Of a stretch of 64,000 nucleotides of DNA, positions 56,051 through 64,000 are shown in pieces; within the stretch, counting starts at the first letter, position 1; each line of letters begins with the position of its first letter. The notes under the pieces were generated by a model, which did no database searches, had not been told where the DNA came from, and saw nothing but the letters and a program-made list of their open reading frames with translations. The translations under genes and the position numbers were made by a program. This DNA comes from an uncultured virus (IMG/VR IMGVR_UViG_3300020045_011964) (lineage: Duplodnaviria; Heunggongvirae; Uroviricota; Caudoviricetes), in the IMG/VR virus record IMGVR_UViG_3300020045_011964. One strand, given 5' to 3'.

Positions 56051-57626
56051 TCAAATACCTCCAAGTGTTTAATGCGAACAAACTAAAAGAGCCAAAAACA
56101 AATCCGTATGAACGGGCTGTTCCGCTAGGTGCTGTAATCGAAATCGTTATGCGCGGCGTAACCGTGTAGGTATTAACAACCGCGCCGTTTCGATAAACTT
56201 TGAAATCTATTGTATCGCCGTCGGCTAATTCGGCGGCTTTCAAAGTCAGCGCATAAAGCAATTCAGTGTAGTTGCTTGCCGTTATTTGGAGATTGTCAAC
56301 TTCTCCATCCTCTGAGATTTTACCCGCGACAAAAGAGTTTGTTCCGCCTGTCAAACGATTGGTCGTAGCGTTGCCGTCTGTTAAATTTGATGAATTAAAA
56401 CTGTCGGTTTTCGGCAAAGTATTGATTTGGAATACGATGTCTTTATCGGTAAATTCATACCATAAAGGGTCACTGTTAGATTTCTTAAATCCATTGCCGC
56501 TATGAGTGGGCGAAGTGGAGTCTGCACTAATAGCGATGGAGGTTAAAAAATCGTTAGTATATTCCAAAGCAAAACAATAATTGATGCCGCTCTCTAAGGA
56601 GATTTGATTCGCCCCACTAAAATTTATTGTGGTTTCTGTTTCAGTTGTTGTCAGAGTTGAAACATCTAAATTATCAGAGGATGCCAATGCCGTCCCTGTT
56701 GGGATTGAAGTTGTTCCAAAAGTGCCTGAATGTGCATAAATCCTGACAACCGCATTACCTGTTGGTAATCCGGTTTTTCTTAACTTAAGCACTATACTTT
56801 TTAATGTTCCATTACTACTCGCCGTAAAAGATTGACCTATTGCAATATCGGGAGTGTCATAAAAATAAATATTTGCGCTAAAATTAGAAAAAGCATAACT
56901 ATCTATGATTGCAAACGCTCCAATCTGATAGTAAGCATTAGTGTTAAAGGAAGCATACAAATGATAATCGTCCGTCGAAGCACCAGAGGTGTCACCTCCA
57001 TCCTCTTCAACCATTACCCGAAGTAATAAATTTGAATCTCCGCCTGTTAAATCCCGTGTAATGTTCGTGTTTTGCGTATCAATTGCGGTAGAACCTGCTT
57101 CTGTCCCATCCTCGTAAAACCGAAAGGCTTTTTGTTCTGCTTTGAATGGAACTGTGTAAGTTACTTCAACTTTGACGTAATCAAATGAAAATGTAACTGC
57201 GGTTGACGAATTGCCCCGAATAGCGTGAAGTTCAACAAAAAAAGTTCCGTCTAATAAATCCGCCCGCACCCAACTTCTTTCGGCTGTGATGTCATAAGTG
57301 TTGGTCGTATCGGCGGCGGGTTCGGTTGCATCGTCGTGGTTTGTGCCGTCAGTTGTAACCACACTTGACCGGATTCTTGCGGTAGCAATTGAACCTGTTG
57401 TGCTACATTTCCACTCATAAATAAGTTGAACTTTGGTAATAGTTGCATCGGTTGGAATAACTCCGTCAAAACCAAATGTTCCGTAACGTGTTCCTAACGT
57501 GGTATTTTTAGCAGCAGGTGCGGCGGTTGTATAAGTGCCATCGTCGGCATAAACATTGGTCGGATTAGTTAAACCCGCGCCCACATCAGCCGCATTAGAA
57601 CTTGGAAATTGTGTGACTACTGCCAT
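56034..57626 (-). CDS. Multi-domain receptor-binding/surface protein
   Basis: Beta-sandwich domains (I.KV.L..EW; IGQSFTA...L.SI.L.L.K.G). Confidence 0.65.
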   Translation of the reverse strand: MAVVTQFPSSNAADVGAGLTNPTNVYADDGTYTTAAPAAKNTTLGTRYGTFGFDGVIPTDATITKVQLIYEWKCSTTGSIATARIRSSVVTTDGTNHDDATEPAADTTNTYDITAERSWVRADLLDGTFFVELHAIRGNSSTAVTFSFDYVKVEVTYTVPFKAEQKAFRFYEDGTEAGSTAIDTQNTNITRDLTGGDSNLLLRVMVEEDGGDTSGASTDDYHLYASFNTNAYYQIGAFAIIDSYAFSNFSANIYFYDTPDIAIGQSFTASSNGTLKSIVLKLRKTGLPTGNAVVRIYAHSGTFGTTSIPTGTALASSDNLDVSTLTTTETETTINFSGANQISLESGINYCFALEYTNDFLTSIAISADSTSPTHSGNGFKKSNSDPLWYEFTDKDIVFQINTLPKTDSFNSSNLTDGNATTNRLTGGTNSFVAGKISEDGEVDNLQITASNYTELLYALTLKAAELADGDTIDFKVYRNGAVVNTYTVTPRITISITAPSGTARSYGFVFGSFSLFALNTWRYLNEYFA

Positions 57627-57827
57627 TTATGTTATGCTCCGTGATGACCACCACGCCTGATATTCCTTGTAATCCCAATCAGGCTTGCCAAAAGTCAAAA
57701 TAATAAAAATCAAGTGAAAATCAATATATTTTAATGCCCGGTCAATATGGATCCCTAAACTAAAAAATATCGGTTTTCCCCATTGCACCATCCAATATTT
57801 GCCGTGTTTTATTTTCCATTCTGCCAT
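57627..57827 (-). CDS. Small aromatic-rich inserted gene
   Basis: 66-aa ORF preceded by 15-bp direct repeats. Confidence 0.45.
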   Translation of the reverse strand: MAEWKIKHGKYWMVQWGKPIFFSLGIHIDRALKYIDFHLIFIILTFGKPDWDYKEYQAWWSSRSIT

Positions 57828-57880
57828 TTTAGTAGTAGGAAAAAAGTCCTGTTTTTGTATAGGAAAAAAGTCCTATACGT

Positions 57881-59287
57881 TTAAGTTTTCGTCACCTTCA
57901 AAATCAAAGTAACCCTTTGAATCGTTGTCACCGAATCCACGTTAAATCTCAAAGTATCTCCGGCTGAAATTGTTGTTGTCCATCCCGTCAATGTCGCATC
58001 CTGTGATTTGGTTGCTGTTGAAATTGTCGGCGGTGCTGCCGCCGTTATCGAGTCAGCGTCCGTCGGTGGATAATTTGCGTATGTATCTTTCCAAATATCA
58101 ATGACAATCGAACCCGATTGATCGGCCAACAAAGTAACCTGGGTAATTGTGCATCCAAACTCAATAGATAGATCGCCTTTAATGCCGGTAGTAATGGTTG
58201 AACCACCACCGTCTATAATAAAACCGATAACACTTGTTTTAGCCGTAGTGGTTAATTTAGTGTTGGAAATAGACGCGTCTTTTACATCGGCGGTAATTTC
58301 CGGCGTAGCATCCGCATAAGTGAAATCAATTGTTGCGGTATCGGTCAAAATTCCGCCAACAGCATCTTGCGCGAGTTCGTCCGTGTATTGAGTGACATCA
58401 CCCAAATATAAAAAGTTACCGTCCGAACACGCTGTATCAAATTCTGCTTTAGTGCCGGAAATCCCGACAATCGAGGTCTGATCACCGGAATTCGTTCCCG
58501 TAAGGCTCAAATCTGTTTTGACCTGTGCTATCGTCCGGTTTGCCCAACTTCCCGCCTTACGCTGCAAAAAATCATCATTTGAAGGCGATAGCCCCGCAAT
58601 CACTCCTAAATCCGCATCGTAGGCTTGCACGTCCGTTCCGATAACAAGTCCTAGTGCAGTTCGTTGCGCCGAAGCATCTGCCGCTGCAATAATGGTTCTG
58701 CCTGCCGCAGTGCAAGCCACTTCTTCTCCCGCTCCCGCTCCGCCGGTAGAGCGTCCGAATAAAATATCCGTAGCGGTTGCGGTCAACTTTCCCGCACCTA
58801 ACGAATTATCTTTAACAATTGCTGTTATTTCCGGGGTAACGTCAGTATAAGTAAAATCAATTGTAGTTGAATCTGCTAAAATTCCGCCAACGGTATCCTG
58901 CGCCATTTCATCGGTATATGCGGAAGGAATTCCGGCAACTACTGTTTCAATCTTGTCATAGACATCATTTTTAGTCGGAACTTCATCAGAACCGTTCCAC
59001 CCCACTCCGTAAGCCTCTGCCGGAACAACCACATCTCCCGTAAATGTCACGCCGTCCAAAATATCTTCTATTTTGTCTCTGACCGCGTTTTTGGTCGGAA
59101 CTTCCAGCAAACCGTTCCAAACCCCCGCGTCATAGGCTTCATCAGGCACAAGCGGAGTTTCAAGAAAAGTCTTGACTCCGCCGATACTCTGATCATCGGA
59201 AACATTAACCGCTTCCGTCAGCCATTGACTCTGCGATTGAAGCAACGGAACGGTTCTTTTTCCTCTGTAAATATGCGGTTTCGGCAT
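57881..59287 (-). CDS. Head/tail fibre protein
   Basis: DQSIGGVKTF; duplicated VP.EAY...WNG..EVPTKN.V.DKIE and YTDE.AQD.VGGIL.D..TIDFTY.D.TPEITA modules; C-terminal IDGGG..ITTG.KG domain. Confidence 0.75.
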   Translation of the reverse strand: MPKPHIYRGKRTVPLLQSQSQWLTEAVNVSDDQSIGGVKTFLETPLVPDEAYDAGVWNGLLEVPTKNAVRDKIEDILDGVTFTGDVVVPAEAYGVGWNGSDEVPTKNDVYDKIETVVAGIPSAYTDEMAQDTVGGILADSTTIDFTYTDVTPEITAIVKDNSLGAGKLTATATDILFGRSTGGAGAGEEVACTAAGRTIIAAADASAQRTALGLVIGTDVQAYDADLGVIAGLSPSNDDFLQRKAGSWANRTIAQVKTDLSLTGTNSGDQTSIVGISGTKAEFDTACSDGNFLYLGDVTQYTDELAQDAVGGILTDTATIDFTYADATPEITADVKDASISNTKLTTTAKTSVIGFIIDGGGSTITTGIKGDLSIEFGCTITQVTLLADQSGSIVIDIWKDTYANYPPTDADSITAAAPPTISTATKSQDATLTGWTTTISAGDTLRFNVDSVTTIQRVTLILKVTKT

Positions 59288-59355
59288 AAGATATTTTGGT
59301 TTGACAGGTCTGAAATAAAACAGACCTGTCAGGTTAAGGTAGTGAAAATAAAGGA

Positions 59356-59964
59356 CTAAACGACATTTCCGCCCCAAGTCCACTCAAGCCATATTGCTCC
59401 CGTGAAATAAACGTTATCGCCTGCCGCAGCGTCCGCCACATCAGCATCATCAATGATGACGTTGAGATACGCGGTAACAGCAGTCACGTTGCCGTTCAAG
59501 CCGACAGGTGCAGCCAAAACTGACGAAACATTGGAAGTGCCGACACCAACCACAAACGGGTCAAGCATTGCGGTCGAAGGCAAGATATTGACATCTGTGC
59601 TGCTAAGTGTCGCATCGGCGGTTGCGGTCGAACCTATCGAATAATCACCCGAACCCGCTCCGGCAATGTCGCCGTCAGTTCCACCCGTAGTATTAAAAGA
59701 AATCCGTGTGAAATAAGCGTTGCAAAACCCGATCTTAATACCGCCTTCGGGGAAGGTATAAAGTCCGGCTGAACCGAAAGATGCGCCGGTCGTGTTGCCG
59801 GTCGTAACAGGCATCGCCGAAAGCGCGAAAACGGTAACGTGATTAAGACCGTCACCGTATTCTGTAACAGACGCATAAGACGATGCGTTTGCGTGTAATG
59901 CACCGACATTGTTATCGGTAATGCGTGTGGCTTGATTAAGCCTGTTCGCGATATTAAGTGCCAT
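59356..59964 (-). CDS. Capsid decoration/cement-like protein
   Basis: Ala/Gly/Thr-rich beta protein with AAGGAG RBS in the head module. Confidence 0.5.
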   Translation of the reverse strand: MALNIANRLNQATRITDNNVGALHANASSYASVTEYGDGLNHVTVFALSAMPVTTGNTTGASFGSAGLYTFPEGGIKIGFCNAYFTRISFNTTGGTDGDIAGAGSGDYSIGSTATADATLSSTDVNILPSTAMLDPFVVGVGTSNVSSVLAAPVGLNGNVTAVTAYLNVIIDDADVADAAAGDNVYFTGAIWLEWTWGGNVV

Positions 59965-60057
59965 AATAATTGCTCCTTTTGGAAAAGAATCCAAGTAATT
60001 ATTGTTATTGCTCTCGAACTCCCACCATTAGGCGTTCATAGAATTTGTATAAAACTT

Positions 60058-60423
60058 TTATAAAACGCGGTAATTTCTCTTGACCGTTAAATTTTGCCCT
60101 GAATTGTTAAAAACACGGTAAAACCCTAAAAGCGTCTCTCCTGCCGCCCACGAACGGAACCATTCTGCGGTAATGGTAATTGTTTCGTGCGTGTCAAAAC
60201 TTGAACCCGGACTTGTCGAACCCGCCCGTTCAATAACCAATGTGCCGGTCGCTTCCGCCGCAAAATCAAAAGCGAAGCAAAGCTCTTTACCGCTATGACC
60301 GGCCACCCAAACCGTGTAGGCTTGGTCAGCAATAGTAGTTGTATTGGCCAGCGCATTATTAGTGCTTGATGTTGCTTTTTGAATTAATTCGCCGACACCG
60401 GCAGTAATAAATTGACTTTGCAT
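60058..60423 (-). CDS. Small beta-sandwich virion protein
   Basis: 121 aa, AAGGAG RBS. Confidence 0.55.
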   Translation of the reverse strand: MQSQFITAGVGELIQKATSSTNNALANTTTIADQAYTVWVAGHSGKELCFAFDFAAEATGTLVIERAGSTSPGSSFDTHETITITAEWFRSWAAGETLLGFYRVFNNSGQNLTVKRNYRVL

Positions 60424-60441
60424 AAAAATTTCTCCTTAAAG

Positions 60442-61182
60442 CTATTCCCACCACATTCCGACTTCCTGAATCGCCGGTGTATTTTGGGGAAATCTGATAA
60501 ACGGTTGCCAGAGTTGGATATGTGCCGCAAGCTGCGCGACCAAATCCTCGCGTATCTCACGCCGGTAAGCCATACTTTCCTGCCTTGAATAGCCTTCCCA
60601 CTCACAGGATTTAAGCGACATTATCGCGGCTCTTAATTGACGGAAATCCGCGAATTCGGGAAATGCCGGAACGTCTGACCAGGCAAAAGATGTCCAATCC
60701 AATATCCCCGAAGCATAGGTGATAACATAAGTCTTGACTTCTTCGGGAATCGGAAATATCCGCATTTTGACCGTGCTGTTGTCGCGGTAAAAAGCTACCT
60801 TCTCGCCTGAAAACGGATAGGTGTCGCCACCGTCATACGGCGCGATCCAGAACTGATATTTCTGATTGGAAAATTCCGTCAGGTAATCCGTCATCGGAAC
60901 GGACATAATGTTGCTGTTATCCAAAACCCTGTGAACTTCCAATGCTTTACCAAAGGTCGAACCTGAATTGGCAGTAACGGTGTATTCAGCCTGATCAACT
61001 ACCGAAGGAACGGAAACGGTTTCGATTGACCACGCCTGATTCATCGAATTTGCTTCATTGAGCATTTGCCGTTCGGTTTTTAAGAGATTTGAGACGATAA
61101 TATCCGGCGACGGTTTTTGTTCTTTCGGTTCTGCCAAAAGCCGTCTCACTTCTCTAAAATCCTGTTCCCTCGTAATTGACAT
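60442..61182 (-). CDS. Head-tail adaptor (tail tubular A-like)
   Basis: VR.LL.EP...; Q.EY; RIFP.P....Y.ITY; P.FPEF. Confidence 0.6.
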   Translation of the reverse strand: MSITREQDFREVRRLLAEPKEQKPSPDIIVSNLLKTERQMLNEANSMNQAWSIETVSVPSVVDQAEYTVTANSGSTFGKALEVHRVLDNSNIMSVPMTDYLTEFSNQKYQFWIAPYDGGDTYPFSGEKVAFYRDNSTVKMRIFPIPEEVKTYVITYASGILDWTSFAWSDVPAFPEFADFRQLRAAIMSLKSCEWEGYSRQESMAYRREIREDLVAQLAAHIQLWQPFIRFPQNTPAIQEVGMWWE

Positions 61183-61189
61183 AACTTAC

Positions 61190-62335
61190 CTACACTTCCG
61201 CTTTAGCCTGTGCCTGATGGAGGCCGCAGTAACCATTCGGCGACGGACTTCCTTTACACGGAGTTCCCGCTTTGGTAAAACCCTTGCATCTGTTTTCCGT
61301 TTCAAGCTCCGCGTCCAGAATGGTTTCGGGCTTGAACGGACTTTCCGCATCCACCTTCATCTTGGCTTGCTGTTCTTCCATTTGCTTGAATCTCAGGTAG
61401 CGTTCCCATTCCGTAGGGTCAATGTCCGGTGCATTTTGAACAGGCGGTGGCGGCGGTTGCGGTGCCTGAAATCCACCTTCATTTTGTCTGACAGCCGTTT
61501 GCGCCAAAATATTCAATGCTTCGGTCATTTTGTCCATTTGCTGTGCCTGCTGCTGCTGGACGTTATCGCGGCGTGAGATACCGGTTTGCTCAAAAGCGAT
61601 CTCCGCTTCCGGTCCCGCCGTCCACGCCCATCCTTTAGCCTGCGCCTGAGATAATTTTGCGTTAGCGTCATTGGCTTTCCAATTACACCAAATCAGAAAA
61701 TCATCACAGGATTTAATGGCTGCGCTGGCGACATCACGTTCAAAGTCATTGTTTGCCTGCTTATATCTTTCGGCGAAATACTTCTTGAGGTCGTAAGTCT
61801 TTTCGAGAATTACTGCCTGCCCCGAAAGAATATCCATCCAGTTCGGGAATAAAAAAACCTGTGCCTGTGCCGCTTCCTGCACATTCTGGCAGGGAAGGCG
61901 AACAATCCCGGTCGGTTGGTCATTTTTCGGCGCACAGAGACGGTCTATCTCATCAACCGGAAAAAACTGTTTGCGGTAAAGTCCATCCCATACTCTCCCG
62001 CCTTCTTCGCCTTTTCTGGTTCCGCAAACGATTTCACGCCCGTTTTCTAAGATGGAATAGGTTTTAATAAAATGTTCGCGTTGCGACGGTTTGACGTTAG
62101 TTGCCGCTTCCGACTGCATTTGCGGTCTTAATTGGGTAACTTCACAGCGACGGATAAATCCCCGATGCGGTTCAAGTGTCAAAAAGTTAGTCCGTAAAAT
62201 CCCGCCCTGATTTAGAAAAGGTTCGCGGGATTTCAGTTCCTTTGAAATCCGGTTGCCGACAAAAAAGACGAAAAACTCGCCCGCCGTAGCTTTTGTCGGT
62301 ATCTTAATCTGGTATTCAGCAATTGCCGTAGTCAT
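61190..62335 (-). CDS. Hypothetical protein with C-terminal C3H zinc knuckle
   Basis: RCKGFTKAGTPCK...NGYCGLH. Confidence 0.7.
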   Translation of the reverse strand: MTTAIAEYQIKIPTKATAGEFFVFFVGNRISKELKSREPFLNQGGILRTNFLTLEPHRGFIRRCEVTQLRPQMQSEAATNVKPSQREHFIKTYSILENGREIVCGTRKGEEGGRVWDGLYRKQFFPVDEIDRLCAPKNDQPTGIVRLPCQNVQEAAQAQVFLFPNWMDILSGQAVILEKTYDLKKYFAERYKQANNDFERDVASAAIKSCDDFLIWCNWKANDANAKLSQAQAKGWAWTAGPEAEIAFEQTGISRRDNVQQQQAQQMDKMTEALNILAQTAVRQNEGGFQAPQPPPPPVQNAPDIDPTEWERYLRFKQMEEQQAKMKVDAESPFKPETILDAELETENRCKGFTKAGTPCKGSPSPNGYCGLHQAQAKAEV

Positions 62336-62341
62336 ATAAAA

Positions 62342-63223
62342 TTATCTCCCTGTTGTGATCCCGTCACGGGATTCTTTTCTTAGTTTTTTAGCAAACTGTT
62401 CGGTTGCTCTTTCGACATTTTCTTTTGCTTCTCGGTGAATGTCCTTAACAGACGCCCCTTTAACCAACGTCTCATCCGAGACTGCCAGAAACGGATCCTC
62501 CAAAAGAATATGAGAAGCCCGTTCGGTAAATCTCCGCAAAGCCTGATCCTCATAGTTTTCGTTCTGCCGTTCTCTCAGTCTGCGTTCAATCGCTGACGGT
62601 GAATCGAACGGAGAGTTTTCAGGCTGTTTGATAAATTCCATTCCTTTACGGATTTGTCTGGCAACTTCGACAAACTTCATCGGATCGGCATAAGTGCCGT
62701 AACACGAGACACCGACTTTGGCTGACCTTTGACAGCACCCCAATGAATGATTGGCAATGGTCGCGAACCAAACATAAACATCCGTTGGCGGAATGGCCGG
62801 ACGAAAAGGAACTGTCCTTTGCCGTTCCGGGCAATAAAAGCGCGTTGACTGTTCCCAATCAAGCGCGTATTGTTCGGGTTCTAACCGTGTCAAAACAATG
62901 TAACGCGGAACAAAGACATCTTTGACAAATTTTCCGTCATTGGTAAAAACCGATTTGTATAGAACGAACGGTCGTTTTATCTTCTCTGTCGGTCTGCCGT
63001 ATAAATCCCAATCAATAAAAATCTCTTTCCAGAAAGACGTATCACCGTTCCAGACGATTTTGGCAATGGATTTATTGTCACGGGTGACTCCCAAAACAGA
63101 GTCAAGCTCCTTTTGAACCATTGCCAGATATTCTTTTGACTCAGGCGCGGAGTAATCCAACCCCTGCACCCACGAATCGGGATTGTTCAAACTGACAAAA
63201 AATTGTGGTTGAACCGCTTCCAT
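62342..63223 (-). CDS. Hypothetical protein (head module)
   Basis: 293-aa ORF in operon. Confidence 0.7.
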   Translation of the reverse strand: MEAVQPQFFVSLNNPDSWVQGLDYSAPESKEYLAMVQKELDSVLGVTRDNKSIAKIVWNGDTSFWKEIFIDWDLYGRPTEKIKRPFVLYKSVFTNDGKFVKDVFVPRYIVLTRLEPEQYALDWEQSTRFYCPERQRTVPFRPAIPPTDVYVWFATIANHSLGCCQRSAKVGVSCYGTYADPMKFVEVARQIRKGMEFIKQPENSPFDSPSAIERRLRERQNENYEDQALRRFTERASHILLEDPFLAVSDETLVKGASVKDIHREAKENVERATEQFAKKLRKESRDGITTGR

Positions 63224-63225
63224 TT

Positions 63226-63444
63226 TTATTCGTTACAGGCAATCGTGGCATTTGCCAACATTCTTACTAAAGCGATTTGCCGAATCGCTACCGTTTGGTC
63301 GGCACAAGGCGGAGTATTATCCAAAACCACTTGTGCAAAATATTTTCCCGCTTCGGAAATCTTGGCATATCTTTCCGCTTGATCGCCTTTCGGGGCGTGA
63401 TATGTGAACAAATTATCTAAATCCTGTGTGCTGTATCCAGCCAT
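63226..63444 (-). CDS. Acb2/Tad1-like helical-hairpin anti-defence sponge
   Basis: FTYHAP..DQ..RY..I....K.FA.V.....P..ADQT.AIR.....RM.ANA.IA. Confidence 0.65.
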   Translation of the reverse strand: MAGYSTQDLDNLFTYHAPKGDQAERYAKISEAGKYFAQVVLDNTPPCADQTVAIRQIALVRMLANATIACNE

Positions 63445-63595
63445 ATATTTTCTCCCTGTTTTTATTCATTTGTATCCCTGTTGCCTGCAAAGAAACGGAA
63501 AGACAAACAGGGATGTAAATTTCCTTCCGTTTCCTGAGTTGAGAGGAGTTGCAGGCTCCCGACCGCAAAACCCCTCAAATACCTATAAACCTTTA

Positions 63596-64000
63596 TCACA
63601 CAAGACTTATGCCTTCGGAAATTTGGCTTAACGACGGGGTCGTTAAATTATGGATGTATGCCGAACTGTTCGGTGCGCCACCCATTTTATTACTTCCGTC
63701 ATCACCGCGCATATCAAAAGCAAAGTTGTAGGCTTCGCCCCAATTGCGGTATTTTTCGGTTGAACCGACAAAGTTGGTTCCGACATACTGCGTTGCGCCT
63801 TCCGAAATTTCCTGCATATCCGACTGACGGTATTCAAAGTAGGAATTCCGGTCTCGCAAGTCAATGAAGTTATCTTCAAAATCCGCGTCCTGAATAAATT
63901 CCGTATCTTCGTCCTCGTAGTTGTTCGGATGTCCGTAAGTGGTATCAGCCTGTCCTTTTTCAGCGTTATAATCCCGCAAGGCATACCCGAAGGACGCAAG
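63596..64000 (-). CDS. Probable major capsid protein, 3' part (truncated by window edge)
   Basis: Frame is open to position 64000; first gene of the structural run, followed by hairpins at about 63474-63534. Confidence 0.5.
   Translation of the reverse strand, partial: LASFGYALRDYNAEKGQADTTYGHPNNYEDEDTEFIQDADFEDNFIDLRDRNSYFEYRQSDMQEISEGATQYVGTNFVGSTEKYRNWGEAYNFAFDMRGDDGSNKMGGAPNSSAYIHNLTTPSLSQISEGISLV

Noticed and set aside
1..64000. Stop-codon reassignment or prophage boundary
   Set aside because: Genes are full length under the standard code; no integrase, att-like site or host housekeeping genes were seen

Overview
The whole window is part of a tailed dsDNA phage genome. It looks podovirus-like: there is no tape-measure gene, but there are ejection proteins including a 3,678-aa polyvalent protein. 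Almost all genes are on the minus strand. In transcription order (right to left) it holds the capsid 3' end, head-completion and adaptor genes, a modular fibre/receptor-binding cluster, the tail nozzle, ejection proteins, a lysis/accessory region, an XRE regulator, recombination/replication genes, small early genes and a terminase-small-like gene. No integrase, cas gene, reverse transcriptase or canonical tRNA was seen. Two systems stand out. (1) Five free-standing HNH endonucleases are present. The three inserted antisense to the late operon each keep the codon-aligned opposite strand open from end to end. That frame runs from the target gene's original start to a stop overlapping or abutting a replacement start, and in two cases a recoded duplicate of the target N-terminus is visible. 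(2) Three arrays of stem-closed, mutually unrelated ncRNA-like units (65-185 nt) occur at about 13.8-14.5, 16.4-16.75 and 26.2-26.65 kb. Many units are separated by a boxA-like linker (GAGTTTTTGAAAATTG), and two are tRNA acceptor+T-arm shells whose anticodon arm is replaced by a long insert. Also present are an Acb2/Tad1-like sponge, an orphan mini-HicB, a membrane-anchored PAS protein, an attenuator-like leader of the replication initiator and a candidate -1 frameshift. All family calls come from motif recognition by eye, with no database search.
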